A stretch of 64,000 bases of DNA from Octopus vulgaris (lineage: Eukaryota). The DNA is taken from NCBI GenBank assembly GCA_951406725.2, contig OX597816.1, forward strand, positions 95,356,001 to 95,420,000, given 5' to 3'. The notes below the pieces were generated by a model. That model saw nothing but the letters and a program-made list of their open reading frames with translations, did no database searches and was not told the origin of the DNA. The position numbers and the translations under genes are program-made. Below are positions 1-14,162 of the stretch, one piece after another; position 1 is the first letter of the stretch, and each line of letters begins with the position of its first letter.

Positions 1-685
1 AATTAGTTAATTGAAAAGTTCAGAAAATAGATAATGAAGCGAAGACGAAAAGAAAAGAAATAATGATCTAAGATATTAGCTTCTGTATTTGCATTCTGAT
101 ATCATTGGTATGTAGGTAAATTGCTTAATGTTACATAATATCGACAGGAATGAAACTCGTAATTCATGTTATTTCTTAATCATTTATCTGAGTAATCTCA
201 AATTATGTCACAATTTCAATTGTGTTCCACTTTTACAATACGTTATGTTATTTCATACAACTATCTTTCCTTTATATGTCCATTATAATTCGTCTTTTTC
301 ACGCATATCTTTACACAATTTCAGTACAATCACAAGATATCTATCATTCTGCAAATCTTCAATGACTAAAACTTTGCGCTTAAACTATTTTTATATAAAA
401 TAGATGGCATTTAAACATTCTCACCAGAACACATGCCTTCATATAATAAATATTTACCAACAAATATTTTACCACAAATTTACAGAACTCAACCAAAGAT
501 ATTTCTCGATATCCATTGATTACATTGTCTGATTTGTTCACTCTTCTGGTCACTTTAGTCTTTGTTTCCATTTATGAGCACCGAAGATTTTACATCCTTT
601 CTTTATCCTCCAAATTATAGTTGGGCTTATGCCAAGTAATGGAAATGTCGATAAAATAACATTGATGCAATTTGTGTTTCCTCAA

Positions 686-715
686 ACAAAAACTAGTGAG
701 CTCACTAGTTTTTGT
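686..715. repeat. Perfect 30-bp palindrome
   Basis: ACAAAAACTAGTGAG|CTCACTAGTTTTTGT is its own reverse complement. Confidence 0.9.
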
Positions 716-1589
716 AGTTCAGAAGTATAGTTCAACGTTAAATTTCATCCATGATCAATTTCAAGTTTTAGAAATGCATAAATCTCGTCAAATTCTTCCA
801 AATATTTCACGAATAACTAATCATGTCTTGATAGAAGTAATCTTAAGAGATCAGACGTAAAACAACATCCATAAAATCATGTTCCAAAAGCTTTGCAGCA
901 AGAGTTTACAAAGGAATGAATTTTGTCAATTATTTTAACGTTTATTATTATGTGCTGTTCTGATTTCTATGATCTGTTGAAAAACTACAAATTCATTCAA
1001 ATCCAATTTCTGAAGTGCACAGCACACACTTTCGTTAATAATTCACGTTGTATCCTCTATCATGGTAATTTGTAGTAATATTGATCACAATGTTGTCATC
1101 AGTAGTGTATCAGGCCAAAAATATAAATTATGTCACAACATATAACGGCTAGGTATTATAGGTTGTCCAATATTTCAGATAGCTTTAGATGATTACTTTG
1201 TATGATAGCAATAAATTAAGATTTTCATTTCAAATATCCATTTGATAATCGATGTAAGAGATTTCCTTTTCATCACGTACAATAACAACCGTGATATTAT
1301 TTTATAAATTACTCATTTATCTTGCATACATTTTCTATCAGGAAGGGATTGTCTTTTATTTATTGCTAATGTATTTCAGTTTACTTTAATTCATACAAAT
1401 GTAATTCTGATGAATGGTAAAGAGCCTAGGGCAGAGGACGTAATGCTTGCCGATATGCAATTTATATCCCTGTTGTATCGCACGATCGACGTACGATATA
1501 ACGGGATAATAATAATCTCCTCGCAAATCGTTCTACTCAAGATACTGGTAACAAACCTCGACAATAGGCAACTTTCCATTTCTTTTATT

Positions 1590-1705
1590 TAGGCTCATAG
1601 CCTTTATAAAGAGGGGACACCACCAGGACAGACAAAACAAGACATTGGGATACATATAAAAGAACACATTGCATGGACTATGATTAAAAAAATGAGGATG
1701 AAATA
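1590..1705 (+). pseudogene. Degenerate Penelope-like GIY-YIG fragment
   Basis: Translates to ...PGQTKQDIGIHIKEHI, resembling the YIGQT..L..RIKEH motif. Confidence 0.35.
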
Positions 1706-1879
1706 GCTTACTCACCCACCAAATCAAGCAGTTTCATTTTACTGTTCTTTTAAATTACAGTTCAATTTACAGTCATGTATCTTAAAAAAAAACACACACA
1801 CGCAATTACAACAAGTAATGCATAAGATCGTCGAAAATTACAATAGGTGGCAACTCATCGTATCTAAACTGAAGTGGTG

Positions 1880-3330
1880 ATACTACAACTCTTTTTTTTC
1901 CCCAAACAGTTCTGCTAATCTCTCGCCTCTTTCTCCAATAGCACGCTCTTCTTACATTCTGAGATTGCCAGTTTGACTCTGATAACATTTTTCATCTTTG
2001 TTAACCTCTTTTCGATTCCAAAACTTTTTTCATAGTTTACGAGGTTTCATAAATTTCTCCCTGTAGGTATCTTTCACTGATATCTTCGTCCGACACTATT
2101 TCCTCTGTCTCAAATTCGCTGTCTCTTTCGTTTTCATTCTTCAGTCGTGCTCCTTCTTCCTTACTGGTTGAAGGCAACGGTTCTTGAGTTCGCATTTCAC
2201 GACTTTTCATTTGATTTTCCATTTTTCTTCTTTTCTTTCTTGTTCTCTTTCTCGCTTGTTTTTCTTTTTTTCTGTTTGGGGCTTTTATCAATTGAATCAC
2301 TAACTTTTTTTCCTTTTAGTAGATTATCGTTAAAAAATTGCCAATATTACCCATTCTGTGTCTATCATCGGTGGGATTCTTCCCACCCTGACTTTGACAA
2401 TTCTTTTCCCTGGAGTGCTCGGTATTAACTCCATCTCCCTTCTTTTATCTGTCCATCATTCAATATCGCGTCGTCTTCTGTAGCAAATGAAACCGCTATC
2501 GTTCCATATTCTTTTCTTCTTGTTTGTTCCTTCCCTCTCTTTCATGCTGTGTTACTTCCTCAGCTTCTTCTCATCCCAATCCATACTCTCTTGCTTCAGC
2601 ACACGTAGGTTCACAGCATCCCGAACTCCAGCAGCTTCCGCGTAACTCTTCATTTTTCCAGTTTTCTCATTTCCACCCAACAAGGCGGCCTCGCAATAAA
2701 TTCGGCCACACTCCTTCCAAAAACAACAAAGAGAAAAACCGGGATTATCACTTTTTGTTACGCGGAAGCTGCTGGGGTTCGGGATGCTGTGGTTCTACGT
2801 GTGATGAAACAGGAGCGTATGTTACGGATGCGGCGAAAGAAGGCACCTGAAAAGGAAATGCCCTAGTACAGCTATGGAAATTGTGGTAGAAAGTGAAGTG
2901 GGAAAAATTAGTAAGAGAAGAAAAGCTGGGAAAATAGAAAATAATGAGAAGTCGGCGGGGGTGAAAAATAGAAAACGAGAGAGAAAAAATTCTCCGACGA
3001 CAGAAGAAGTGAAAAAGAGTAAAGGGATAAAAAAAGAAACACAACTCACGACAGGAAATACAGTTGAATTACCAATGGAAGTACCAGGTAAAGAATTAAA
3101 CTTGTGGAGTCATGCAGAACATGAACGAGACAGCCCAGAATCACGGAAACCGATAGACATAGATACACAGAAAAAACCCCCCACAGAATTACAGTCAACC
3201 GAACACACAGACACAAATGCAGGAATACACTGACATACAAACGAAAGAACTCACAGACTTGAAGAGGGAAATAAAAGAAAAGTAGGAAACTAGGAGAGAA
3301 AAAAGACAACACGAGAAACAAAATGTAAAG
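1880..3330 (-). mobile_element. Degenerate non-LTR ORF1 (gag-like) fragment with an inverted, diverged partial copy
   Basis: Minus-strand peptides KEYGTIAVSFATEDD and LIPSTPGKRIVKVRVGRIPP plus K/E-rich stretches; about 2596-2647 is inverted at about 2757-2808. Confidence 0.4.
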
Positions 3331-3425
3331 TAAAATCATAGTGGTAAGTCATAGTGGTAAGTCATAGTGGTAAAATCATAGTGGTAAAATTGTAATTTGT
3401 TTGTTTAACGTAGTTTAATTTTTCG

Positions 3426-3734
3426 AATTTTAACCAATCCTATGCTCTCTTTTGAGCTAAAATCATTTTCTGCGTCTAAAACTGAGACAACATCCTGTAA
3501 CTAACCCTAAACCTCCCTCCTAACCCTAATTTTCTTTTCTTAATTGTTAAATTAAATTAATTGTTACGCGTATAAAAAAAAATAAAGAAATGGAATTAAA
3601 TTAATTTAACAATTAAGAAAAACAAATTAGGGTTAGGGTTAGGGGGAGGTTTAGGGTTAGTTACAGGTTGTTGTCTCAGTTTTAGACGCAGCAAATGATT
3701 TTAGATGGATGGAGGTAATCGATTGGTTAAAATT
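3426..3734. repeat. Fold-back inverted repeat (arms about 135 bp) containing TTAGGG/CCCTAA units, probably inside a non-autonomous DNA element ending near 3905
   Basis: Arm 3426-3562 is the reverse complement of about 3596-3734 (CTGCGTCTAAAACTGAGACAAC / GTTGTCTCAGTTTTAGACGCAG); TTAGGGTTAGGGTTAGGG near 3627. Confidence 0.8.
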
Positions 3735-5799
3735 GCCGAAATGCACGGATTTTCAGACGAAATATCTTACAAACTATAGAATTTTCTCAATAAAACCAAG
3801 AGAAAATGATGTTTTATAAACACATTCTACCAGTATACGAAGTTTAAAAGTGTTTAGTTAACTAGAAATTGTGTTGACATCTGCCGTTCAAAAAGAAAAG
3901 ATCCAAAAACTGTGACTAAAGATTTTTTAAACTTAACAGGTTTTAAAAAAAATGGAAATAATATACGGTTAAAGAAACAGGTTAACTAAAGGTTGAACAC
4001 TAAGATAAAAATTTGGTTTTCTTTTATTTAAGAAAAAGAAAGGGAAAAAAAGGAATGTATGAACATTTGTGCTAAAGGTTTGTTATGGTAAGGCAAAAGC
4101 GAAGTCGCAGGTTCGCCTCGTGGTGAAGCTAGCGATTGTGTTTAAAGGTATTCACAGTTTCATCTCGCAGTGGGTGCGAGATGGCCCTCTCATTTGCATT
4201 GTAAATATATTAATTTCACATTCATCCTTCATATGCTTTATGTTTCCGCATGTCTTTGTATGACCCCTCTGTATTTAGGCTTTGTGCCTATAATAAAGAA
4301 TCAAACCGTCGATTGTCACACGCTGACGATGGGTCAATATTCAGAAACTCGAGACCGTGTGTATCATGTCAGGTTGAAGATGGGAAGGATGGCTTCCTTT
4401 TGCAAATATTGATAGGGCACAGAAAGTGTGTCAATAGCCAACTGGAGGAAATGTCCTCCTGGGGCTACAAGCTACAGTAGCATCCACCCTTAAGGGTTAG
4501 CCACATTTAAGTGGCAAATATACTTCACATATTTATTCTTTAATTTATTTACTGATGTCAGTCTGTTATGATAAAAGACTCTTCTTCAAGGTACTACAAA
4601 GAGATCAAACTGGAATCAGGTGGTGAGGAAGAGAACTTCTTAAACGCACGATTATTTCTGCACAACGAGAAACATTTTATAATTGACACAGATATATATA
4701 TATGTAAAGTGATTACCTTACCTTCTTTACATCCTTCTCGAAGCCCTAGGTGTCACTTTCCGCCCTCATCGACAACATTATCAGTTACTTGCTTGTGCAT
4801 TTTTGTTTCCATTGGCAACTTTAACTCCAGCTTCTCCATCTAAACTGTCGTAACTGCAATGTATTGATCATAGGTTGACCAGGGGCAAAACAATAAATCC
4901 AACGATTAATTCCTCGTCTCTCACATTTTTATACTTCAAACCTTCACGCTTCAAATCCGTTGGCATTTTCTCAAATTTCCTTAATCTCTGCTGCGTCTCT
5001 TGCTAAGACTAAATGTCCAGTTCAAATAACACCAAATGGTCTACTTTTCCCACGAAAGATCTTGTCTATAACTCGTCAGTACCGTTCCCCGTCACCAAGC
5101 TGACAAGGCGCTTCAGCACTTTAATGTATCCATACACCAATAAGTATTTTCTTTTTATCACATTCCACCTCATCAACTGACATTTCCTACATGCTGACAT
5201 CTGCAGATACCACTTTATTGAATCCGATCTAGTTACCATTCCTATATTTCCAAGACCCCACAATTCTTCTCATATAAACGCAACCGAATCTTATGTGACC
5301 GCCAGAAAGAAAGTTTTCCGCTCCTGCAATACTCAACGTTTAATCACTGCCTCTTTTCTTTACAAAGTCTTTCCGTTTCATGTGCAACATCACAACTCTC
5401 CGTGGTTTTGAGACCATATTCTAGGTTGCTGACTACTTTCCTTATAGATCTATCAAAGTTATATACTGTATGTGACTAAATGCACTGTATATAGTGAAAC
5501 AGATGAACTACAAAACTCACCATTTAAACACCTCCTCTCAGTTTAATAATTACGGCTGCAAAGAAGCCACTGGTAGAAATAAATGCACTCCCTCAGATAA
5601 AAGTACCAAAGCAACTTGGTAAAGCATGTCATAACCAAAGCAAAAGAGGTTCAAATCTCTGTCTACTGAATGAACACTCGCAATGAAGCTGTGAACAAAA
5701 ACACAACTATAAACGTTCCATTTGTAGTCACCCATAATCTTAGAAACCATAACATTCGGTCAAATTATCTTTCATTTCTACACTATTCATCAAAGTTTG

Positions 5800-6300
5800 G
5801 AAATATTATGAAAGACTCATGAAAGAGTCATCCAGCCGAAGACAACCACCAAGTTTCAGAAAACTCTTAACAAAGTCATAATTCACATCAAAAGGAGAAA
5901 AAAAAAGACGGTAACAAACTGCAGAGACCCGCGTTGTGGGAGATGTTAAATAAGTAAAAAAGAACAACCAAACGATTCACGAATGAGAAGGAATCGAAGA
6001 TTAATGCGAATATGAATTACAAAACAAAAGCACTTATCTACTGCATCATATACCCACAATGCAATGAGAATATCAGCCGAAAAGGATTGAAATTAAAACG
6101 TCGTGTTAGAATACATAAGCAACAATCAAAGATAAACATCTTACAAATTTTCAATGCAGTGAACATCTAGACGTTTGTGCAACCGGAAAATAATATTCAA
6201 AATATTTCCTTTTCTCAAAATAAACGAAGAAAATAATCAATTGCTAAAAGCAAAAGAAATATACTCAATAAGAATTCTAATTTGAAATTAATCTGGAAAT
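5800..6300 (+). mobile_element. Degenerate Penelope-like GIY-YIG endonuclease fragment
   Basis: Frameshifted peptides VTNCRDPRCGRC, KTKALIYCIIYPQCNEN, KRRVRIHKQQ and CSEHLDVCA, homologous to the intact copy at 39087-39638. Confidence 0.75.
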
Positions 6301-6491
6301 ACACAACACTGCTACTAAAACCAATTTCCACTATACAGATTACCCCCATAATACGAATGTCTGAAGTACTTAACGAAAATACTTATACACAGCATGAAAA
6401 GTTTCAATCGAAAATCTGCTCCGTTGTTTTTTTAAAAATTGTTTTATATGATTAATTTTTATTTTAAGAAAATCTTTCTTCAAATGTATGC

Positions 6492-6532
<41 letters not shown>

Positions 6533-6540
6533 TACATACA

Positions 6541-6574
<34 letters not shown>

Positions 6575-7004
6575 CATACATATATATATATATTATATAC
6601 ACACAAACAATAAGAAGTTGAAATGGCACTGAGAGGGTATAAATAAGATTTATATATATAAATAGTAATGCTTTTAACTGGTTCGTTTTTTATAGAGTGA
6701 ATATGGCTCTGACAGCTCTCAGTAAACTTATAAATTGATTAGTTGAAAACAGTGACCCTCATGTGTGCGTGCGTGTGCATGTGTGTGGCTATATGTACTC
6801 ACTCAATAGAGTGCAAACCAGAACTGAAATAAATGTACATCTTATAAAGATTGGTGTTTAATAGGATTCTTTCTATATTTTCGATGTGCATATACATCAT
6901 ACACCCCACCAACACATATATATTATATACATATATGTGTATGTATGTATGTGTTTATGCATGCACCTATGTATGCGCATATTTATGTGTTTATCTGGCA
7001 TCTT

Positions 7005-7385
7005 TTATCTTTTACACGTTTCAGTCATTAGACTGCAGCCATGCTGGAAGTACGCCTTAAATGATTTCTAATATAACGACACGAGTACATATTTTAGTTA
7101 AGGCTCTGTACTTGTTCTTTCGGGTTCTGTTGCCGAACCGCGAAGTTGCGGGGGTGTAAAATCATCAACATCAGTTGTCATGCAGTGGTTGTGGTGGTGT
7201 TAGTGGTGGTGGTTTTGGGACAAAAACACAGTCACGCATGCACACATGCATGCACGCATGTACACACATACGACGGGCTTCTTTCAGTTTCTGTGCACTA
7301 AATCCGCTCACAAGGCTGTGGTCGACCTCAAGGCTATAGTGGAAGACAGTCACCCAAGGGAAGCAAACTACTTAGCACACGGCCA
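7005..7385 (-). mobile_element. tRNA-derived SINE (abundant family A)
   Basis: Reverse complement of the family-A body seen at 8440, 33315 and 48590. Confidence 0.7.
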
Positions 7386-7395
7386 AACCTGTTTG

Positions 7396-7434
<39 letters not shown>

Positions 7435-7949
7435 CATAATAATAATAATAATAATAATAATATTTTTTTTATTTCTTAATTAAAAGAATTTCTTATCGGT
7501 TTCAGCTCAGATCTGTGGATATACTGAGGCACTGCCGTTTTGCTACATTTTTCTTATTGAGAGCCTTCGCTAATATGTGGCATTTGGTCAATAACGGACT
7601 TTGATGTTGCTACCCTCATTTGCACCTCCTGCCGCGATGTAGGTAGGTTCATCTGGGTCTCTCGACAGGAAGAGATTCACTTTTGGTTTGAAAACATCTA
7701 CGTCCACTTTATGTAGGTCCCTCAGGCTTCATCTTTCTTCTCTAGTCTACAATTTTCTCCAGTCCTTTGGAAATAGGATAGTCTTCTCCCGTTGTGTGCT
7801 GCTATTATATGCGCAAGGTTAAGGCTCGTGGAAAAAAGTGGGATATTGTGTGTATTGGACATTCTATGGTATTTGCCAGACTTAGAAAAGTGTTTCCCTA
7901 ATAGCATGTATGAGGCGCGTGTGCGCCAAGTTTGTATCAAAACTGCTTT

Positions 7950-8303
7950 CAGGTAACCAGAAAGACACCCGGACTTTAGTTGCACAAGATCTCATTCACT
8001 GCGTAAAGAACGATGAAAACATTTTGAAAATTTTGCGTAGGCTTCTGAGCAGGTATCGCCAATCTTTTGGCAAAATTTGATGCAGATTCTTTGCTCAATT
8101 GTCTGTCATATTCATTGCGACGTTCACACGCTACACACCTTCCTACTAAGCACTGCTGTAAACAGCGGAACTCAGCTAGTACGTTGAAGCTTAGTGCGCA
8201 TGCACAACAGTGTTCAAGGTCAATTTGCGCCGAGCGGCATTTCTCTGGGTGCTTTAGCTTTGTTACTATGCTAACAATACTGATACTTATTGATCAGACC
8301 ACG
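7950..8303 (-). mobile_element. Mariner 5' fragment / deletion derivative
   Basis: TA+CGTGGTCTGATCAATAAGTATC TIR-like end at 8303; minus-strand peptide EQRICIKFCQKIGDTCSEAY typical of a mariner transposase N-terminus. Confidence 0.7.
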
Positions 8304-8319
8304 TAAAAACCAAAACGTC

Positions 8320-8640
<321 letters not shown>

Positions 8641-8981
8641 AAAGATATATACATGTACAAAACTTAGATATCTACTTATGTAAATTATAGTTTTGGAAAA
8701 CACCTTAGAAGTCTGTATTGAAGCGCAGTCTATAAAAGGGGAAGCTGAGTGTAATTATCTTTGTAATTAGTAAATACTATCAACTGCGGAAGTATTTCAA
8801 TGCTTAAAATTTATTTAAATACTTGAAAAAATACAAAATATAGTGTCATCTGTGCAGTTATAACACATACAAGCACATGCGTATAGATATAGATCCTTAA
8901 ATACATACATACAAACAAAAATACACACAGACACATCTACACGCACACACACACATATACATTCATGCATACATTGGTATG

Positions 8982-9054
<73 letters not shown>

Positions 9055-9689
9055 TCACACACACGAACATACGCACACACACATACACACATATATGTAC
9101 ATAAGCATGTGCTTCAGTAGTTGTGTAGTAACTAGATCGAGATGGTATCAAGTATTTGACAAATGATATTTATGTTGGAATGTTTGCATTTTCTTCATAT
9201 TTGTTTTCGAGAGTATTGCAAAATTCTCGTCTGAATGTGTTTTTATAAATAAAGATATATTTATAAAACTGTGAATATAAAACCGACTAATGAAAATATG
9301 TTTGCTATAACAATTTATTCTGAAAAATATTTATGGGTGTTTGCCATGTTTTTTTGAATGTTACTGTAGATCTCGGTTATACCTAGATATACTTTGCATA
9401 TATATTTGGTAATCGATTAGTTTTGCTCTACCCAATATAGGACTTCATATGATTTAAAACGATGTAGAGATTAATCTCTAATGTCTTTGTGGATATATGA
9501 CGAGTATACTTTCTCCAATCAAGGTCGAACCGGACTTGAAACAATCTAAATCGATTCTATTTGTTTTTGTACTTGGTGTGCAAAAAAAAAAAAACATATG
9601 ATGTGGTCAATTTACTTATTTTCCATAGTAAGCTTAAAAATGTACCTTTACATGTGTGTCTATATATATATATGTATATATATATATAC

Positions 9690-9763
<74 letters not shown>

Positions 9764-9767
<4 letters not shown>

Positions 9768-10272
9768 CAGTATCGCCCGGCGTTGCTCGGGTTTGTAAGG
9801 GAAATAACTATATAAGCATTTTTAGAGAGTTACTTCCCTTATAGATGCCAATTCGGGCTTTCTTAGCCATTTCTGTTTTGGTGTCTTCAAGCCATGAAGT
9901 CGTTATTCTAAAAGAACGCTGGTCTCCTTGACAACGCTTTACGACGTTGATTTCCTTACACTCCCTTCCCCACAGCTTCACGAGGGAGGGAAGAAGGGGA
10001 GAGAAGCAAACAGGTGTAGGTGTGACCATGGACGCCAACTCCGCCGCCATCGACATACGAAAAATTATGCATTAAAATGGAATAAAAAATTATGTTAAAT
10101 TATTTTTAAAATCGTAGACTCATCGTAGACGCGCGCTAATACTCAGACGGGCTCAATATGAATCACGACTATAAGATACCCAAATTTGGTTAAACTGCAC
10201 CGCAAAATGTGGGAGTAATTAGGAATCTAAATCGAAGGGGACAGACACTCACACAACTACAGTTTTATATAT
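9764..10272 (-). mobile_element. Non-autonomous Helitron, copy 1 of a tandem pair
   Basis: Minus-strand 3' hairpin CCCGAGCAACGCCGGG followed by CTA; inserted in (TA)n; nearly identical to the next copy. Confidence 0.85.
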
Positions 10273-10275
10273 ATA

Positions 10276-10775
10276 CTAGCAGTATCGCCCGGCGTTGCTC
10301 GGGTTTGTAAGGGAAATAACTATATAAGCATTTTTAGAGAGTTACTTCCCTTATAAATTCGGGCTTTCTTAGACATTTTTGTTTTGGTGTCTTCAAGCCA
10401 TGAAGTCGTTGTTCTAAAAGAACGCTGGTTTCCTTCACAACGCATTACGACGTTGATTTCTTTACACTCCCTTCCCCACAGCTTCACGAGGGAGGGAAGG
10501 GGGAGAAGCAAACAGGTGCAGACGTGAGCGTGGACGCCAACTCCGCCGCCATCGACACACAATGCATTTTATGCATTAAAATGGAATAAAAAATGATGTT
10601 AAATTATTTTTAAAATCGTAGACTCATCGTTGACGCGCGCTAATAGTCAGACGGGCTCGATATGAATCACGACTATAAGATACCCGAATTTGGTTAAACT
10701 GCACCGCAAAATGTGGGAGGAGTTAGGAATCTAAATCGAAGGGGACAGACACTCACACAACTAGAGTTTTATATA
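10276..10775 (-). mobile_element. Non-autonomous Helitron, copy 2 of a tandem pair
   Basis: Plus-strand CTAGCAGTATCGCCCGGCGTTGCTCGGG is the reverse complement of a 3' hairpin plus CTAG terminus. Confidence 0.85.
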
Positions 10776-10802
10776 TATATATATATATATATACATATAC
10801 AT

Positions 10803-11480
10803 ACAGTGTGGGTGAAAAGTAAGTAGCCTTTAAAGATTGGTAATAAAATCCATATTCTTTTTATAAGTACCGGTGGCATCAACCAAGCTCCTAAAATGGC
10901 CGGGGATGGAATGAACAACCTTCTGAAGGACGTTGTCTGGGATATTATTGAGAACCTTATGAATCCGTGTTTCCAAGTCCTCCAGTGTACGAGATTTTGT
11001 CTTGTACACCTCTTTTGTATAACTCCACAAGTAAAAATCACATGGGGTGAGAGCTAGACTTCTTGGAACTCTGGATTTCTGGACTTCTGCGGGCTCGTCT
11101 TCAAGTTTTAGCCCCTGCACGTAATAGGGTTTCCATAGACGAAAATTCAATTCGTTATGCAGCGCCGTACGTATTGTGTGTCTTGTTAGTCCACTTTCAC
11201 GAGTTACTTGACGTGTTGATTTTTGTGGGCTGCGATTAAACATTTGTGGCACTTTTGCCACGTGCTCCGCTGATCGGGGTGTTGTTGGACGGCCACTTCT
11301 TGCATTGCTCACAGAACCCATGGTCATCAGCTTTGCATAACAACTCTTTATTGTCTCCGGACGTAGAGTTGCATGCTTACCTTTCCATGCACGCCACCGT
11401 CTCTGAACTTCATAGTGTGCTGTATGCTAGTCATCTGGAAAATAAGAAATAAGACAATAAGAAAATAAGAAAATCCCATT
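10803..11480 (-). mobile_element. Tc1/mariner-superfamily transposase remnant, internally deleted
   Basis: ORF 10830-11327 with RSGRP, RSPQKSTRQ and PRSLALTPCDFYLWSY (PRSPDLTPCDF motif); TA+CAGTG end at 10803. Confidence 0.8.
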
Positions 11481-11764
11481 AGTGTTGTCTGTTTAAAAAA
11501 TGCCTTTGTCGTGACTGCAGAATTTTATGTATAATGAGATTATCGTCAAATCGTAAAAATACATAAAAAACAAAAACATGAAAAAACTGGAACTGTGCTG
11601 GAATTTGGGTGAATAACATACATACACAGACATACACACACACAAACGTATACATGGATATATACTTATATAATGTACATACACACATATATGTACATGT
11701 ATATATGTATGTGTGCATATATGCAAATTGGATGCTAGCATATATGCGTTTAAATATATGTATG

Positions 11765-13330
11765 TATTCTTTCTTTATTGCCCATAAAGGGCCAACATAG
11801 AGGCGGACAATACAACATGATATGGGGATCATGTACATCGAATGGGATTATAAAATTTTATATAAAAATGATTATAAAACCGGATGAAACACAAATTACA
11901 AAACAAACAATAAAAGGACAATATGCGGTTAAAATAAAACAAGTGTGCTCCGACCCCACCCCGAGCCTTGTCTTTTTAACCGACACATTTTGGAAGTTCT
12001 TTTAACGTGTTCACGCAGGGCCTTTCACTCATTTAGCCAGCGGAGATCACACCCTTTCACCATCCAGGTAGAGCCAGAGATGCCTCAACCTAAGTGCATG
12101 CTTGCGCATGAGCATCCACGGCATCCCTAACCCACCGTTTAACGGCTTTTGACAGCAAATAGAACTTCTACAAGTGGAGTGGACCCCTTCCACAAAAAGA
12201 GGAAGATACGCCTCACCAACTTGCTCAAACACGAATCTGGACAAGGAACGACGGTTAGGCGGTAAGTGATGACCGATGCGATAAACACATTGGCCACATC
12301 CGCCCTCCCTTTCAAGGATAGCCACCGCCAAGACAAGGTCTTGACGGCGTGGACCACCCTGCTTGATACCCCAGACCAGTTCTTTTCTATCTGGAGACTG
12401 AACCAAACCAGATTCCTAGCAACTTGACTGGGCCCTCCGTCCAGCATCCCACGACGGTATTTGAAGGCATTGACTTGCCCCTCCAGGTGCCGAGTTGCAA
12501 GCCGACCGATTTTTCCCAATAAATTTTTGCTCCTGACACCGTCTCGTAAACCTTCATTGTATCATTCACTTTCTGTAGGAGTTCCATCTTGGTCACGATG
12601 ATAGTGATATCATACGCGTACGCTGTAACTGATCCACCACCTCCTGGATTCGTCGGGATGGCACTCAGCTTTCGCAGTAATGGCTCAAGGGCCATTACGT
12701 ATAAAAGCAAGGAGAGCGGACACTCTTCACGAACAGACCGTTTGACGTAGAACGGCTTTGAAAGAAAGCCGTTCACCCGAACGATCGAGTCAATGTTATC
12801 GTAGAACTGTATGATCCACCTCAGAAAACAAAGACTCAGTCTAAACTGTGCGGGAACAGAAACCAGGTAACGATGGTTCACACTATCGAAAGCTTTAGCT
12901 TGGTCTAAATGGACCAGTGCCCTACCTTTGCCAGGATTATTCCCATATCCTTCTACGGTGTAGCGTATAAGATGAAGATTATCCTGGATGGTTCTTCCGG
13001 GGACCGCACAGTTTTGTGCTTCCCCTATCAGGCCATCCGCAACACGCGTCAATCTTTTTGCTAACATCTTGGCCAAAATCTTCACCTCTGCATTCAGCAG
13101 AGTGATGGGCCTAAAATTATCTATTCTGTCCCCCTTGTCCGGGTCTTTCCTGAACATCGTAACCACTCCCCGGTGCACAGACCTGGGAATCCACCCATTC
13201 TGCTGACAGGTTCGCATAAACGCTGGCCAGTACGTGCCCGAACAAATCTGGCATACTTTTATACAGCTCGTAAGGTAAACCATTGAGTCCCGGCGCCTTA
13301 CCACAACCGCCACAGTCAATAGTGTTGAAG
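11765..13330 (-). mobile_element. L1/Tx1-like LINE reverse transcriptase fragment, frameshifted
   Basis: KAPGLNGLPYELY, NFRPITLLNAEVKILAK, LDQAKAFDSV, REECPLSLLLY and AYAYDIT (degenerate YADD). Confidence 0.9.
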
Positions 13331-13758
13331 GTATATATTTCAAAGCAAAACAAGTTTGATATATATATATATGTAGTTTTTCTCAATGGTCTGAAAACAG
13401 TAAAATATTCCAGTATGTAAATCCCAGAACCTAACTTTACAAATTTCACTTATGTTTATAGGTTGTCAATAAATGAAAATTCTTGCAATTTTGTTTTTCA
13501 TTTGTTTATTTGATTATTGATATATTTCATGGATTTAAATTTTTTCTCCTAGAAATCTGTCGGAGCGGAATTTTATTGATTTGAATTTAAATGATATTTG
13601 AAATAAAAAAAAGTAACTGAAAAGTGTTAGTCTCCAAGTGCAAATATATGAAAATGTAAATCGCAAAGGTGATGTTTGCATGCCATATTCAGCTCTATCC
13701 TTCACTTGAATACTGCAATCTGTCTCTCGCTTTGTGTATGTATATATATATATGTATG

Positions 13759-13831
<73 letters not shown>

Positions 13832-13833
<2 letters not shown>

Positions 13834-14040
13834 CGGGAAGCTTTATGAAAATAAACAAAAGACGAAGGCAGGTGGAATACAAACAAACAATTGTATTAGT
13901 ATGGCGCTCAGGAATAGAAATAGAACAAGTCTTTTACGTTTCGAGCCTACGCTCTTCAACAGAAAGATACACAGAAAAGAAACACGGAGAGAAACAAGGA
14001 GAGAAAAAAAAATGCGTGCAGAAGCTAGCGAATCAACATG
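13832..14040 (-). mobile_element. Short Penelope-type pLTR repeat flanked by (TA)n; second copy at 48300-48470
   Basis: Shares GAAAATAAACAAAAGACGAAGGCAGGTGG...CAGAAAGATACACAG with 48300-48470; carries an HHR-like motif. Confidence 0.65.
13930..13967 (-). ncRNA. Minimal hammerhead-like motif (core variant CUGUUGA)
   Basis: Minus strand UCUUU CUGUUGA A GAGC GUAG GCUC GAAA CG UA AAAGA: stems I and II pair and stem III is the palindrome ACGU. Confidence 0.6.
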
Positions 14041-14122
14041 ATGCATATATATATACATATATATATGTACATATATATATATATGTATATATACATACAT
14101 AGATATATATATATATACATAG

Positions 14123-14159
<37 letters not shown>

Positions 14160-14162
<3 letters not shown>

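Noticed and set aside
120-1100. Coding-like minus-strand peptides (e.g. LFVKYLEEFDEIYAFLKLE)
   Set aside because: Multiple stops and no recognisable motif; a TBLASTX search would be needed.
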